In this document: piece after piece, positions 46,500 to 57,491 of the stretch
Position numbering within the stretch: the stretch's first letter is position 1
Layout: every line of letters starts with the position of its first letter
Assembly (NCBI GenBank): GCA_035574315.1
Contig: DATLYW010000037.1
Location: 43,853 to 107,852 of the forward strand
Source: Candidatus Zixiibacteriota bacterium
GTDB taxonomy: Bacteria > Desulfobacterota > Binatia > UBA9968
Direction of reading: 5' to 3'
Length of the DNA stretch: 64,000 bases
The notes under the pieces: model-generated
What the model was told of the DNA's origin: nothing
Seen by the model: only the letters and a program-made list of their open reading frames with translations
The model's database searches: none
Program-made: the position numbers and the translations under genes

Positions 46500-47746
46500 A
46501 TCTTTCTCCGGGCCGGGACGACCGCCGCGCGAGGTTTGGTGCAGATATCCAGCGCCGCCAGCGCGTACACCTTCGTGCAGTTTACCATGTTCTCGATGCC
46601 CACGCCGCGGCGCAGGCCGCTCGGGGTGTCCCACTCCGCCGGCGCCTTGGTTTCCGTCGGATCGACCAGGTGCGTGCCGAAGCCCGGGCCGTAGGTGATG
46701 CTCGGAACCCCGTACGCGGCGATGCGCGAGCCGTCGCTCGTGATACCGTAGCGGACCGGCTTCGAATAGGGAACCGGCGTTCCGAAGACTCTCTTGTGCG
46801 CCCGCTCCATCGCCTTGACGACGTATTCGCTCTTCGGAATCTCGTAACCGTCGGTCGAAAGATAGAGATCGACCCGGACGTCGAGAATGTCGCCGTCGCG
46901 CCTGCGCACTTTTTCACACACCTGCTCGAGCTCCCTCCGGATCTCCATCGGCGGGGTTCCCGGCAGGGTCTTGACGATGACGAAGAGATCCGTAGTTGGC
47001 CGCGTTCCCGGCTTGAACGGATTGCCCCCCTCGATTGCGCCGATCTGCACGGTGGGCAGCATGAACTTGTGCGTGTACTTGCGCTGGTACTCCTTTTCCC
47101 AATCCTGGATCGCCTGCGCCACCCGCGCGGCGGCGAGCACGAACCGGGTGGCCTTGCCGTCGACGCTCACCCGGGCCCACACGAGCCCGGCGTTGCCGAT
47201 TTGCAGGTGCAGCCCCGTCGGCTCCCCGATGATGCACATATCCGCAGTGACGCCGTGATCCATCATATAACGAGCGCCGATTCCCGCTCCCCGATAGCTC
47301 TTTCCCTGGAACCTCCCGATCGGGGCCTTCTCGATCTCGCCGACGACACCGGAAATGATCACGTCGCCCTTAAGCCGAACCCCCGCGCGCTGGATCGCGG
47401 CCACCGCCTCGAGATAGCACGGGAAGGCCGCTTTCATGTTGACCAGCCCCCGGCCGTAGACCCGGTCGTCCTCCACCTTGGTCTCCTGCGGGCTGTCGAA
47501 GTGATCCAGGTGCGCGCAGAACATCAGCGTGGCGCCGCCGCCGGTGCCCTTGAGCCTGCCGATCACGTTCGGCCGCCCCTCTTCGACCTCCTGATACTCG
47601 ACCTCCATGCCGAGCTCCGCGAATTCCCGCCCGAGGTATTCGGCGAACTCTTTCTCCTCGCCTGTGAGGCTCACGATGTTGGCGGCGTTGCACGCAAGCT
47701 CCACCAGACGCTGCCGGTCGACCTGTTCGAGGACCTGCTCTTCCAT
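46490..47746 (-). CDS. M20-family metallo-amidohydrolase (ArgE/DapE/N-carbamoyl-amino-acid amidohydrolase-like)
   Basis: Start ATG 47744-47746 (MEEQVLEQV), preceded by GGAAGGAG. HxDxF (CAHLDHFD) and GEPTG, with a dimerisation insert. The 527-aa track ORF is an extension. Confidence 0.8.
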   Translation of the reverse strand: MEEQVLEQVDRQRLVELACNAANIVSLTGEEKEFAEYLGREFAELGMEVEYQEVEEGRPNVIGRLKGTGGGATLMFCAHLDHFDSPQETKVEDDRVYGRGLVNMKAAFPCYLEAVAAIQRAGVRLKGDVIISGVVGEIEKAPIGRFQGKSYRGAGIGARYMMDHGVTADMCIIGEPTGLHLQIGNAGLVWARVSVDGKATRFVLAAARVAQAIQDWEKEYQRKYTHKFMLPTVQIGAIEGGNPFKPGTRPTTDLFVIVKTLPGTPPMEIRRELEQVCEKVRRRDGDILDVRVDLYLSTDGYEIPKSEYVVKAMERAHKRVFGTPVPYSKPVRYGITSDGSRIAAYGVPSITYGPGFGTHLVDPTETKAPAEWDTPSGLRRGVGIENMVNCTKVYALAALDICTKPRAAVVPARRKIWS

Positions 47747-48071
47747 TCCCTGCTCCTTCCGTTCGTTGCCGAGATTGCGTTCATGTTCTGTAACACACCC
47801 GCCGATGGCTGCCAACGAGCGGAGTTGACGCGCGACGATCTTTCGCTTAGTAAAATGGCTTGCGGTTTTGGGTTCCTGGCCTTCGGGTCGAACTTTTTGA
47901 ACCCTGACCGGCCGCAAAGCGGCCCCGTCGGACGCCGCGCAGCGGTCGGATCGGTACTTCCGTGCGGATCGCGCTCGACATCGACGGCGTGCTCGCCGAT
48001 TTCCTTTCCCCTTTTCTGCGGCTGCCGGCTTGTCGCGCCGGCGCGGCCGGGCTCTGAGGAGGGTTCCTGCC

Positions 48072-48797
48072 ATGTACGGATGGCGCGCAAAGATCGGTCA
48101 CGTCGCCCCGTCGCGCGGCGACACGCTGGTCTACGAGTTCTACCGGATGCTGCCGGAGGGCTTCATGCTGCTCAACAGCACGGGGACGATCCGGCAGCTG
48201 GTCGATGCCGACTTCGACCGCCAGCTCGAGCGCATCGAGGAGGCGACGGCGGACCTCGTCGAGAACAGGTGCGACGCGATCATCATCGGCGGATCGCCGC
48301 TCTTTACCAGGCTCGGCTACGGCAGCGACACCGCGATGGGCCAGAAGCTCACCGCGAAATTCGGCGTGCCCGTATCGCCCGGGATCACCGGCGAGGTGGA
48401 GGCCCTGCGCACCCTCGGGATCCGCAAAGTCGTGGTCGCCACGCCGCACGAGGAGACGCTCAACCTGAGAATGAAGGCGTTTCTCGAGGCTTCCGGCTTC
48501 GAGGTGCTCAAGATCGAAGGCTACGGCGTGCGCAAGAACGCCGACCTGACCGACATGCCGGTCCATGCCGCCTACCGGATCGCCAAGCGCCTCTACGAGC
48601 AGGCGCCGGCGGCCGACGGCGTTTTCGTGCCGTGCCCTCGCTGGCCCACGATCGCGGACGTCGATCTCCTGGAGCGGGAGATCGGAAAGCCCGTGGTGAC
48701 GAGCTGCCAGGCCTACATCTGGCACGCGCTGCGGCTCGCGCGCGTGAAGGAAAGGATCGCCGGCTTCGGCCGGCTGATGGCGACGCTGGCCGGTTGA
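48072..48797 (+). CDS. Asp/Glu/hydantoin racemase family protein (maleate isomerase / arylmalonate decarboxylase-like)
   Basis: Start MYGWRAKIGHVAPS at 48072. Two Cys-containing half-site motifs (IIIGGSPL, VPCPRWPT). Confidence 0.7.
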   Translation: MYGWRAKIGHVAPSRGDTLVYEFYRMLPEGFMLLNSTGTIRQLVDADFDRQLERIEEATADLVENRCDAIIIGGSPLFTRLGYGSDTAMGQKLTAKFGVPVSPGITGEVEALRTLGIRKVVVATPHEETLNLRMKAFLEASGFEVLKIEGYGVRKNADLTDMPVHAAYRIAKRLYEQAPAADGVFVPCPRWPTIADVDLLEREIGKPVVTSCQAYIWHALRLARVKERIAGFGRLMATLAG

Positions 48798-48874
48798 CGG
48801 CCGCTCGCCGGCTAGCAGTTTCTGCTTGCTAGCTCCCGCTTCCCTGTCTCGAAGCGCGAGGGCTGAAGTGTCCG

Positions 48875-49627
48875 CTATTTTCGTCCGCCGAACACTTCCT
48901 TAAGAAGCCCGGTGACCCGCGCTGCCGGATCGGTGCGGATTTTCCTCTCCTCCTGCGCCACGACGTAAAACAGCCCGTCAATCGTCTTTTCAGTGACATA
49001 GCGGTTGATGTCGAAACTGATGCTTTCGGTGAACGGGATCTCTCTGTAGCGTGCGAGCAGATCCTCGTACCGGCGAACGACGTTCGTCTCCTTCATCGCC
49101 CGCTCGACGGTGGGACGAAACGCGGCGTAGAGCTTTTTGGAGGTCTTTGCCCTGAAGTAGTCGGTGGCGGCGGTGTCGGAACCCTGCAGGATCGAGCGGG
49201 CGTCCTCGAAGGTCATCTCGCCGATCGCCTCCCAGAAAATCTCCTTGGCGAACGGCACCGCCTTCTCTGCGGCCCGGTTCATGCTCAAAACGAATTCGTC
49301 GAGCTGCGGTCCATAGCCCACGAATCGCAGCGGCGTTTCGATCGCGCGGAGCTGAGCGGGGAGGAGGATCTTGATCGCTTGGTTGGCGAAGAAACCGTCG
49401 GTCCGGCCCGTCTGCAGCACCGCGTTTTCGGTGCCGATTTTGAGCGCCTCGCGCAGCCCCGCGCCGATTCTCGCTTCCCCGCGAGCCGTCGGCGGAGCGT
49501 CGAGACCCTTGAAGATTTCTCCCAGCTGCGCGGCCGTGTTCCCCGAAGGCGCGAGCAGCGCCGCAACGAGCGCAAGGCCCGCCGCCAGCGTACTTGGCGG
49601 CCGGAAGCCCGCGGGATCGCAGCTCAA
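48875..49627 (-). CDS. Secreted hypothetical protein (DUF4197-like)
   Basis: A signal peptide and a roughly 230-aa helical protein. Its start overlaps the upstream stop as ATGA. Confidence 0.4.
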   Translation of the reverse strand: MSCDPAGFRPPSTLAAGLALVAALLAPSGNTAAQLGEIFKGLDAPPTARGEARIGAGLREALKIGTENAVLQTGRTDGFFANQAIKILLPAQLRAIETPLRFVGYGPQLDEFVLSMNRAAEKAVPFAKEIFWEAIGEMTFEDARSILQGSDTAATDYFRAKTSKKLYAAFRPTVERAMKETNVVRRYEDLLARYREIPFTESISFDINRYVTEKTIDGLFYVVAQEERKIRTDPAARVTGLLKEVFGGRK

Positions 49628-50001
49628 GGAGACCTCGGTCGTTCCGGAGCGAGGCCGTCAACGGCGGCGGCGAACAACACGTCGGTCAGGAGATTGAAAA
49701 CCTCCTGCTTCGCCTCCCCGGGCGCAAGCTGGTAGGCCGTTCGCAGCGGATGAAGCGCTTCCCGCCACTGACGCAGGCTCAGGTGCGACCGCCCGAGGTA
49801 CAGATAGGCCTGGGCGAAGTTGGGATCGTCATGAATGGCTTGCTCGAAATAAGGGATGGCTTCGCGGAACTGCCCCCGGTTGAACAGAGCCACTCCCTGC
49901 TGGAAGCTCGCTTGCGCGGGGTGGAAAAGGTCGATCGCGGCACAGCCTGCGAGCCACAGGAGGAGAAACCCGGGCGCCAGAACGGCGGGCTTGGCGCGCA
50001 T
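49624..50001 (-). CDS. TPR-repeat lipoprotein
   Basis: Lipobox LLWLAGC and two or three TPR-like repeats (FQQGVALFNRGQFREAIPYFEQAI, AQAYLYLGRSH). Confidence 0.6.
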   Translation of the reverse strand: MRAKPAVLAPGFLLLWLAGCAAIDLFHPAQASFQQGVALFNRGQFREAIPYFEQAIHDDPNFAQAYLYLGRSHLSLRQWREALHPLRTAYQLAPGEAKQEVFNLLTDVLFAAAVDGLAPERPRSP

Positions 50002-50047
50002 TTCTTCGTTTCCCCCGGGAGGTCGTCCGGGCGACGGGCCGACGCGG

Positions 50048-50380
50048 CTATTCGCCCTTTGCGAACGCCGCCTTCAGCATCGATTCCAGCTCGCCTCGCT
50101 CGTGCAGCTCGTGCAGGATGTCGCAGCCGCCGATGAACTTCCCGTCGATGAAAACCTGCGGGATCGTCGGCCAGTTGGAGTAGCGCTTGATTCCCTCGCG
50201 AATCCGCGGGTCGGCCAGCACGTCCTCGGTGGCGAAGGGATAGCCGTACGATCGAAGGATCTCGACCGTGTGGGCGGAGAAGCCGCACTGAGGGAAATCG
50301 GGCGATCCCTTCATGTAAAGCATCACCTTGTTTTTCTTTACCTTCTCGTCGATCTGGTTGAGGATGTCATCCGCCATCAT
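50048..50380 (-). CDS. grxD: Monothiol glutaredoxin (Grx4/GrxD, CGFS type)
   Basis: CGFS active site in KGSPDFPQCGFS, WPTIPQVFI, and C-terminal GGCDI. Confidence 0.85.
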   Translation of the reverse strand: MMADDILNQIDEKVKKNKVMLYMKGSPDFPQCGFSAHTVEILRSYGYPFATEDVLADPRIREGIKRYSNWPTIPQVFIDGKFIGGCDILHELHERGELESMLKAAFAKGE

Positions 50381-50397
50381 TTCCTCCCGACGCCGCC

Positions 50398-50652
50398 TCA
50401 GCGGCCGAGCTTCTCCCACTGGGACGGCGTAAAAAGTTTGAGCGTCAGCGCGTGGATACGCTGATCTTGCATCGGGTCGCGGAGCGCCTCGTTGACCATC
50501 CGGTGCTGCTCGAGCAATCCCTTGCCCTCGAACGCCGGGGACACGATCAGGAGCTGCCAGTGGTCGCCCCCTCCGGTGAGATCCTGCAGCTCGATGGTCG
50601 ACACCGGAAAGGCTTTTTCCAGCGTATTCTTGATCTCTTCGGCGGTGATCAC
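50398..50652 (-). CDS. bolA: BolA-family protein
   Basis: 84 aa with a BolA fold (GGGDHWQLLIVSPAFEGK...H). It is the classic partner of Grx4. Confidence 0.8.
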   Translation of the reverse strand: MITAEEIKNTLEKAFPVSTIELQDLTGGGDHWQLLIVSPAFEGKGLLEQHRMVNEALRDPMQDQRIHALTLKLFTPSQWEKLGR

Positions 50653-50700
50653 GCCCGAATTGTACCGGGTCGCGACCGCCCTTTCAAGCGAGCGGCGCTC

Positions 50701-51210
50701 TCAGGACGAGCCGGGCTGAGGATCGAAGTCGCTGCGGACCTTTTTCATCATTTCTCTCAGGTCGATTCGCAGCTCGTCGAGCGTCGGCCGGCCCACGTAC
50801 CAGTAGCCGCAGTACAGGTTGTGGATCGTGAGATCCGGCAGCAGCGAAAAGGTATAGGGGATCGCCGTTACCCCGCGGCTCCTGGACGTCTCGGTCATGT
50901 CGAGCGACCGAACGATCTTACGGTCGTGGTCGCTCAGAAACGGAAACTCGGCTCCCAGCCCGGCCCGGAATGCCGCGCTGACCTCGGGCGGGTCCACGCT
51001 GGCGACGGCGAGCCTGCAGTAGCTGACCGCCAGCTCCCTCTGGAACTCCACTAAACGGCGCAACTGCACCTGGCACTTCGGTCACCAGTAGCCGCGGTAG
51101 AAGCAGAGAATCAGGGGGAAATTGCCGGCCAGCTCCGACAGCCGGACGGACCGGCCGTCGTGGTCGACGAATTCCAGATCGGGAAGCTGCCCGCCGATCG
51201 AGTACTTCAT
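50701..51210 (-). CDS. Peroxiredoxin/BCP-like (AhpC/TSA, thioredoxin-fold) protein with an in-frame TGA at 51082-51084: candidate selenoprotein (U-P-K-C)
   Basis: ATG 51208-51210 (GGAGG 5 nt upstream) opens MKYSIGGQLPDLEFVDHDGRSVRLSELAGNFPLILCFYRGYW. Then comes TGA, then PKCQVQLRRLVEF... in the same frame for 126 more codons, including the BCP-like FPFLSDHDRKIVRSL block. The TGA occupies the first Cys of a W-C-P-x-C redox motif. Confidence 0.55.
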
Positions 51211-51267
51211 GGGAACCTCCGCGCTTCTTTTCGCTGCGCTGCTTTTACCGCGGGCGACTCCGGGCCG

Positions 51268-52020
51268 TCAAATCCCCGTTTTCCGCCAATCGCGCGCTTC
51301 GAGCGCCTGCCCGGTCACAGCGGCAGAGGCGTCCGAGGCAAGATAGACGAAGACCCCGGCGATCTCCTCCGGCGCCGGGAGCGACAACGGATCCTCCTCG
51401 GGATAGGCCGCGGCGCGCATCGCGGTTCGTGTCGGGCCCGGATTGACCGAGTTCACACGAACGCCGTATTCGCGAACCTCCTCGGCGACCATCTGCGTCA
51501 ACCCTTCCAGCGCGAACTTCGAGGCGCAGTAAGCGCCCCAGCGGGGCTTGCCGACGCGTCCGACGCCGGAGGACACGTTGATGATCGAACCGCTGCGGCG
51601 CGGAATCATGATCCTGAGGGCCTCCTGAATCAGCAGAAACGGCCCCGTAAGATTCACCCGGAGCACCTCTTCCCACGCCGCCCGCGGGTACTCCACGATC
51701 GCGACGCGCGGTCCGAGCAGGCTCGCGTTGTTGACCAGGATGTCGAGCCCGCCGAAACGCTCGCGCGCTGCGCGCATCAGCTCGTCGACGTCCTCCGCCC
51801 GGCCGACGTCGGCGCCGACGGCGATCACCGTCGCGCCTGCGCCGCGAAGCTCCGCTTCCGCCGCCCGCAGCGCCTCCACGCCCCGCGCACAGATCAGGAC
51901 CGCGGCTCCGGCGCGGGCGAAGGCAAGCGCCACCGCCTTGCCGATGCCCCGGCTGGCGCCGGTGACCAGGGCCGTTTTGCCGGCGAGCGGTTTTTCGATC
52001 TCGCTTCCCATGCGAGGCAT
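51268..52020 (-). CDS. SDR-family oxidoreductase
   Basis: TGASRGIGKA, NNAS, YCASK (YxxxK). Confidence 0.85.
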   Translation of the reverse strand: MPRMGSEIEKPLAGKTALVTGASRGIGKAVALAFARAGAAVLICARGVEALRAAEAELRGAGATVIAVGADVGRAEDVDELMRAARERFGGLDILVNNASLLGPRVAIVEYPRAAWEEVLRVNLTGPFLLIQEALRIMIPRRSGSIINVSSGVGRVGKPRWGAYCASKFALEGLTQMVAEEVREYGVRVNSVNPGPTRTAMRAAAYPEEDPLSLPAPEEIAGVFVYLASDASAAVTGQALEARDWRKTGI

Positions 52021-52048
52021 GCTATACCATAATCGCGGAGCACTCGGA

Positions 52049-52960
52049 ATGAACGCGCATCACCGGCTGGTCCTCTACATGCTCCTCGCGCTGCTGCTCA
52101 CCTGCGCCGTCAGCCCGTGGATGGCGGCGGGAGCCGACTGGTTTCTTCGCGATTCGGCCGACCGCTATCCCTTCTCGCGCATCTTCAACCGCACCTTCAT
52201 GGTCTCCGGTTTCGTCCTGTTCGTCGCCGGGCGGAAATTTCTCCGCGTCGGCGGCCTCGCGGGGATTGGACTGGAACGCCGGCCCGGGGCCGCGGCCGAG
52301 ATCGCGACCGGCTGGTCGCTCGCCACCGGCTCCGTGGCGGTGCTGGTTGCGGGGCTCGTTGCCTTCGGTATCTTCACCCCTTTCTTCCGCCTGGCGCCCG
52401 GCGAGTCCGTTCGCCGCGTCGCCGACGCGCTTGCCTCGGGTTTCTTCGCAGGGTCGCTCGAGGAGGTCTTCTTTCGCGGCATCCTGTTCAAGGGGCTTCT
52501 GGCGTCCGGAAAAACCGCGCGCGCCTTCGTGCTGGCCAATCTTTTCTACGCCCTGATTCATTTCGTGAAGCCCGGCGAGCGCTATTTTCTCGATCGTCCC
52601 GACCCGTGGGCGGGCTTCCGGCACCTGGCCTACACTTTTTCCCCGTTTCTCGATCCCGCGGAGCTGTTGCCGGGAGCCGTCGGGCTGTTCCTGATCGGCC
52701 TGGTCCTGAGCTACGCCTTTCTGCGGAGCGGCGCGCTCTACCTGTCGATCGGCCTCCACGCCGGGTGGGTCTTCGGTCTCAAGATCATCCGTGTCTTCGG
52801 CGACTACCGCCGTGACGATCTCGGGTGGCTCTTCGGCGAGACCGATCCCAAGCTCGTCAGCGGCGTCGCCGCCTGGATCGGCATCGCCCTCGTCGGCGCC
52901 GCGGTCCACTACCTCACCCGCCCCGGCGCAATCGATCGGCACGCTCGAGGAGGGGCTTGA
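52049..52960 (+). CDS. CPBP-family intramembrane metalloprotease (CAAX protease/Abi)
   Basis: SLEEVFFRG (EExxxR), FxxxH and a downstream H motif in a multi-TM protein. Confidence 0.7.
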   Translation: MNAHHRLVLYMLLALLLTCAVSPWMAAGADWFLRDSADRYPFSRIFNRTFMVSGFVLFVAGRKFLRVGGLAGIGLERRPGAAAEIATGWSLATGSVAVLVAGLVAFGIFTPFFRLAPGESVRRVADALASGFFAGSLEEVFFRGILFKGLLASGKTARAFVLANLFYALIHFVKPGERYFLDRPDPWAGFRHLAYTFSPFLDPAELLPGAVGLFLIGLVLSYAFLRSGALYLSIGLHAGWVFGLKIIRVFGDYRRDDLGWLFGETDPKLVSGVAAWIGIALVGAAVHYLTRPGAIDRHARGGA

Positions 52961-53544
52961 GCTTTTCCGCGATCCGTCCGGCGATGAGGCGGTAGCCCTC
53001 CGCGTTCGGATGAATGCGGTCGGAGCGGAGCGCGGGATCGGAAAGGATGCCGCTCATGACGTCGGGCACATAGAGCGCCCCGAGCTTTTCCGCCACCTCT
53101 TCGAAGAGATCCGCGTACTCGTCCGCGAACAGGCCGAGGCGGATGCCCGCGACAACCACCATCGCGCCCCGCTCCTGGACCCGGGCGACGATTGCGGCGA
53201 GATTTTTCTTCGTTTCCGCGAGCGGCACCTTTCGCAGGAAATCGTTTCCCCCGAGGAGCACTACGACCACCCGCGGGTCATGCTCGAAAACGTCCTGCTC
53301 CACGCGCGCCAGGGCTTCTCCCGAGGTGTCCCCGCGCCGGCCGGTGTTCACCACCGCCATGCCCAGCAGGCGCCCCAGCTCCGACGGATAGTCCCGGCCC
53401 GCTTCGGCGCCGACGCCTTCGGTCAGGCTGTCGCCGAAGCAGACTACCGTCCGTCCCGCCGAGCGGAGGTTGCGGATCGAGCCGTACGGATCGCCGCCGC
53501 ACCCGAGCAGCGCGCATGCCAGCAGCAGCGCCGCGGCCGCTATC

Positions 53545-54633
<1,089 letters not shown>

Positions 54634-54637
54634 GGCG

Positions 54638-56365
54638 TCACTCGCGGCCGCCCGCCAGATCGCGGCCCGCCGCCCAATGCACCGCCAGGATGACGGCGAA
54701 GGAGACCAGCAGGAGAAAAATACCGAGGACCGAGATCGCGCCCACGAGCCCCTCTTCCTTGAGGTCGAAGATCACCACCGACACGACCTTGGACGCCGGC
54801 GAGAACAGGAGGATCGACGCGCTGAGCTCGCGGATCACGCCGATGAAAATGAAGCACCAGGCGGCGATCAGGCCCGAGCGCGCCAGCGGCGCGGTCACGT
54901 CCTTGAGCGACGTCAGCCGGTTCGCGCCGATGATGCGGCTGGCGTCCTCGAGCTCCGGGTGGATGCTCTTGAAGGTCGACTCCGCCTGGGAAAAGCCGAT
55001 CGGCATCTCCTTGGTGAGATAGGCGACGAAGAGGATCCACACCGTGCCGTAGAGGACGATCGGCGGCCGCGTGTAGACGATGAACAGCGCGACGGCGAGC
55101 ACGATCCCGGGGATGACCAGCGGCGCCAGAGCGAAGAACGACAGGAAGCGGGCGCCCCGCAGGATGTTGCGGTTGGTGATGTAGGCGACCAGCGTCGCCA
55201 GCAGCGTTCCCGCCGTGGCGGTGAGGACGCCGAGCTTGAAGGTGTTGAAGATCGCCCGCTGCGTGTCGGTGTACTGGAAAAGGACGAACTTGAAGTTGTT
55301 CAGCGTGAAGTTGTCCCAGTCGAGCGGCACCGCCCAGGCTTTCGAGAACGCCGCCTTGAGCAGGATCCAGTAGGGCAGGAAAATCGACAACGAGAGGACG
55401 CCCCCAACCAGCAAAAAGGCCGGGACGCGCGCCCATCCCAGCCGCACCAGCCGCCGCTGCCCACCCTTGCCGCCCACTGTGCTGAAGCCGCGCCGCCCGA
55501 GGATCTTCTTCTGCAGCGCGATCAGAGCCATCGTGGCCAGCAGGAGCGGCACCGAAAAGGCCGCCGCCAGGTCGAGCCGCGGCGGATACTGGAAGAACGT
55601 CCAGATCTGGGTGGTGATCGTGTGAATGCCGGCGGGCAGCCCGAGGATCGCCGGCGCGCCGAACAGCGACAGGGAGTGGAGAAAGGCGACGATGAAGCCG
55701 CCGAGCAGCGCCGGCAGCGCCAGCGGCAGAGTGATCGTGCACGCCGTCCGCACCTTGCTCGCGCCCAGGATCACCGCCGCGTCCTCGAGGTCCGAGGAGA
55801 TCAGCTCGCAGACGTTGGCGATCATGGAAAAAACGTAAGGGAAGCTGTAAAGGGCCATCACGAAGATGAGCCCTTCGAGGGTGAAGATATTGAAGAGAAA
55901 GCCGTCGCTTCCCGTGAGTGCACGGTAGAGCTTGTTGAGCGCTCCCGCGTTCGGCCCGGCCAGCAGCGTCCACGCGAACGCGCCCAGGAACGGCGGCGTA
56001 ACGAACGACGCCATGACCAGGGCGCGCACGCACCGCTTCAGCGGAAGGTCGGTGCGCGTCACCAGCCACGCCATCGACCCGCCGGCGGCCACCGCGATGA
56101 TCCCGACCCAGAACGAGACGACGATCGTGTTCCAGATCGCCTTGAGGAACGCGGCGTTGGTAAAGACCTCGACGTACTTGCGGAGCGTGATCCCGGTCTC
56201 GTCCACCAGGCTCGTGCTCACCAGCGAAGCGAGCGGGAGCACCATGAGAAAGACGAGCAGCAACGCGACGCCGGCCCACACGGGCAGCGTCGCGTCGCGC
56301 GTCGCGAGCCCGAGCCGCACGGCGGCCCGTGCCCGGCCGATCGTTTCCGTACCGGCGATCGACAT
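54638..56365 (-). CDS. ABC transporter permease, fused two-domain (FbpB/AfuB-like)
   Basis: 575 aa and roughly 12 TM segments, with two EAA-like loops. This is the typical Fe(III)-type duplicated permease. Confidence 0.85.
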   Translation of the reverse strand: MSIAGTETIGRARAAVRLGLATRDATLPVWAGVALLLVFLMVLPLASLVSTSLVDETGITLRKYVEVFTNAAFLKAIWNTIVVSFWVGIIAVAAGGSMAWLVTRTDLPLKRCVRALVMASFVTPPFLGAFAWTLLAGPNAGALNKLYRALTGSDGFLFNIFTLEGLIFVMALYSFPYVFSMIANVCELISSDLEDAAVILGASKVRTACTITLPLALPALLGGFIVAFLHSLSLFGAPAILGLPAGIHTITTQIWTFFQYPPRLDLAAAFSVPLLLATMALIALQKKILGRRGFSTVGGKGGQRRLVRLGWARVPAFLLVGGVLSLSIFLPYWILLKAAFSKAWAVPLDWDNFTLNNFKFVLFQYTDTQRAIFNTFKLGVLTATAGTLLATLVAYITNRNILRGARFLSFFALAPLVIPGIVLAVALFIVYTRPPIVLYGTVWILFVAYLTKEMPIGFSQAESTFKSIHPELEDASRIIGANRLTSLKDVTAPLARSGLIAAWCFIFIGVIRELSASILLFSPASKVVSVVIFDLKEEGLVGAISVLGIFLLLVSFAVILAVHWAAGRDLAGGRE

Positions 56366-56376
56366 CGGTCAGCCTC

Positions 56377-57396
56377 TTACGCGCCGAAAAACTGCGTGAA
56401 CCGCTTCTTGATCTCGGCGTTTCTCTTCTCGAGCTCGTCGGGATCCGCGTTCAGGAGCTTGAGGTCCTTCAGTTTCGGCTTGTCCGGCGGATAGGTGACG
56501 GCCGGATGACCGGTGTACAGCCCCTCACGATCGGCGAGCAGCTGTTGCGATTCGCGGGCGAAGATGAACTCCATGAAGAGCTTTGCGGCGTTGGGGTGCG
56601 GAGCGTCCTTGGCGACGGCCACCGGGGAGACCACGAGCGGGACTCCCTCCGCCGGGTAGACGATCTTGATCGGATTTCCCTGCTTGAGCGTCTTGTAATA
56701 GAAGTACTCCGCCCCGTTCACGCCGATCGGGCGCTCCCCCGACGCCACCACGCCGGCGGGATCGTTGGCCGACTGCACCAGGTGCAGGCTGTTTTTCGCC
56801 AGATCGCGAAAGTAGTCCCAGCCGTAGAGGTTCACCAGAGCGAGCACGTGCGTCATGATGATCCCGCTGTACCCGGGATGGGCGCTCACCATCCTGCCCT
56901 TCCATTTCGAGTTGAGCAGGTCTTTCCAGGTCTTCGGCGCGTCTTTTTCGGGCACGACCTTCGGGTTGTGCGCGATCACCGAGAGCGTCGCCCTCATTCC
57001 GAAGTAATAGCCGTCCTTGTCCTTGAATCCGGAGGGAAAAGGCTCTACCCCGCGCGGCGTGTACTTGAGCAGCATTCCCTTTTCCTTGAGCAGCACGAAA
57101 TGGCCGGCGTCGGACGTATGGATGATGTCGGCGTTCTTGATGCCCGCTCCGGCCTCCTGCATCACCCTCTGCAGCACGCGCTGCGACCCCGTGCGATGGA
57201 CCTCGACGTCGACGCCCGGGTATTTCGTGCGGAACGCGTGCGCGATCGCGGTCGAGGAAGGGATCGCCAGAGAGGTGTACCAGACGACCTTGCCCTCTTT
57301 TTTCGCGGCCTGGACGAGCGCGGCATCCTGGGCGAAAGCGACCGACACGCCGCCGAGACACCAAACGGCCGCCAGCGCGGCAACGAGCCTCATCAT
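56377..57396 (-). CDS. ABC transporter substrate-binding protein, Fe(III)/SBP_bac_1-like (FbpA/AfuA family)
   Basis: A signal peptide and an extracellular solute-binding fold. It is first in the SBP-permease-ATPase operon. Confidence 0.8.
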   Translation of the reverse strand: MMRLVAALAAVWCLGGVSVAFAQDAALVQAAKKEGKVVWYTSLAIPSSTAIAHAFRTKYPGVDVEVHRTGSQRVLQRVMQEAGAGIKNADIIHTSDAGHFVLLKEKGMLLKYTPRGVEPFPSGFKDKDGYYFGMRATLSVIAHNPKVVPEKDAPKTWKDLLNSKWKGRMVSAHPGYSGIIMTHVLALVNLYGWDYFRDLAKNSLHLVQSANDPAGVVASGERPIGVNGAEYFYYKTLKQGNPIKIVYPAEGVPLVVSPVAVAKDAPHPNAAKLFMEFIFARESQQLLADREGLYTGHPAVTYPPDKPKLKDLKLLNADPDELEKRNAEIKKRFTQFFGA

Positions 57397-57491
57397 GGAT
57401 TCTTACCTCCTTCCTGTGAGCATGGATCCCCTGAGCCCAATCCTCCATAGCCGACAGGCTTCGATGACGCAAGCGCCCCGCCCGCCCCGTC

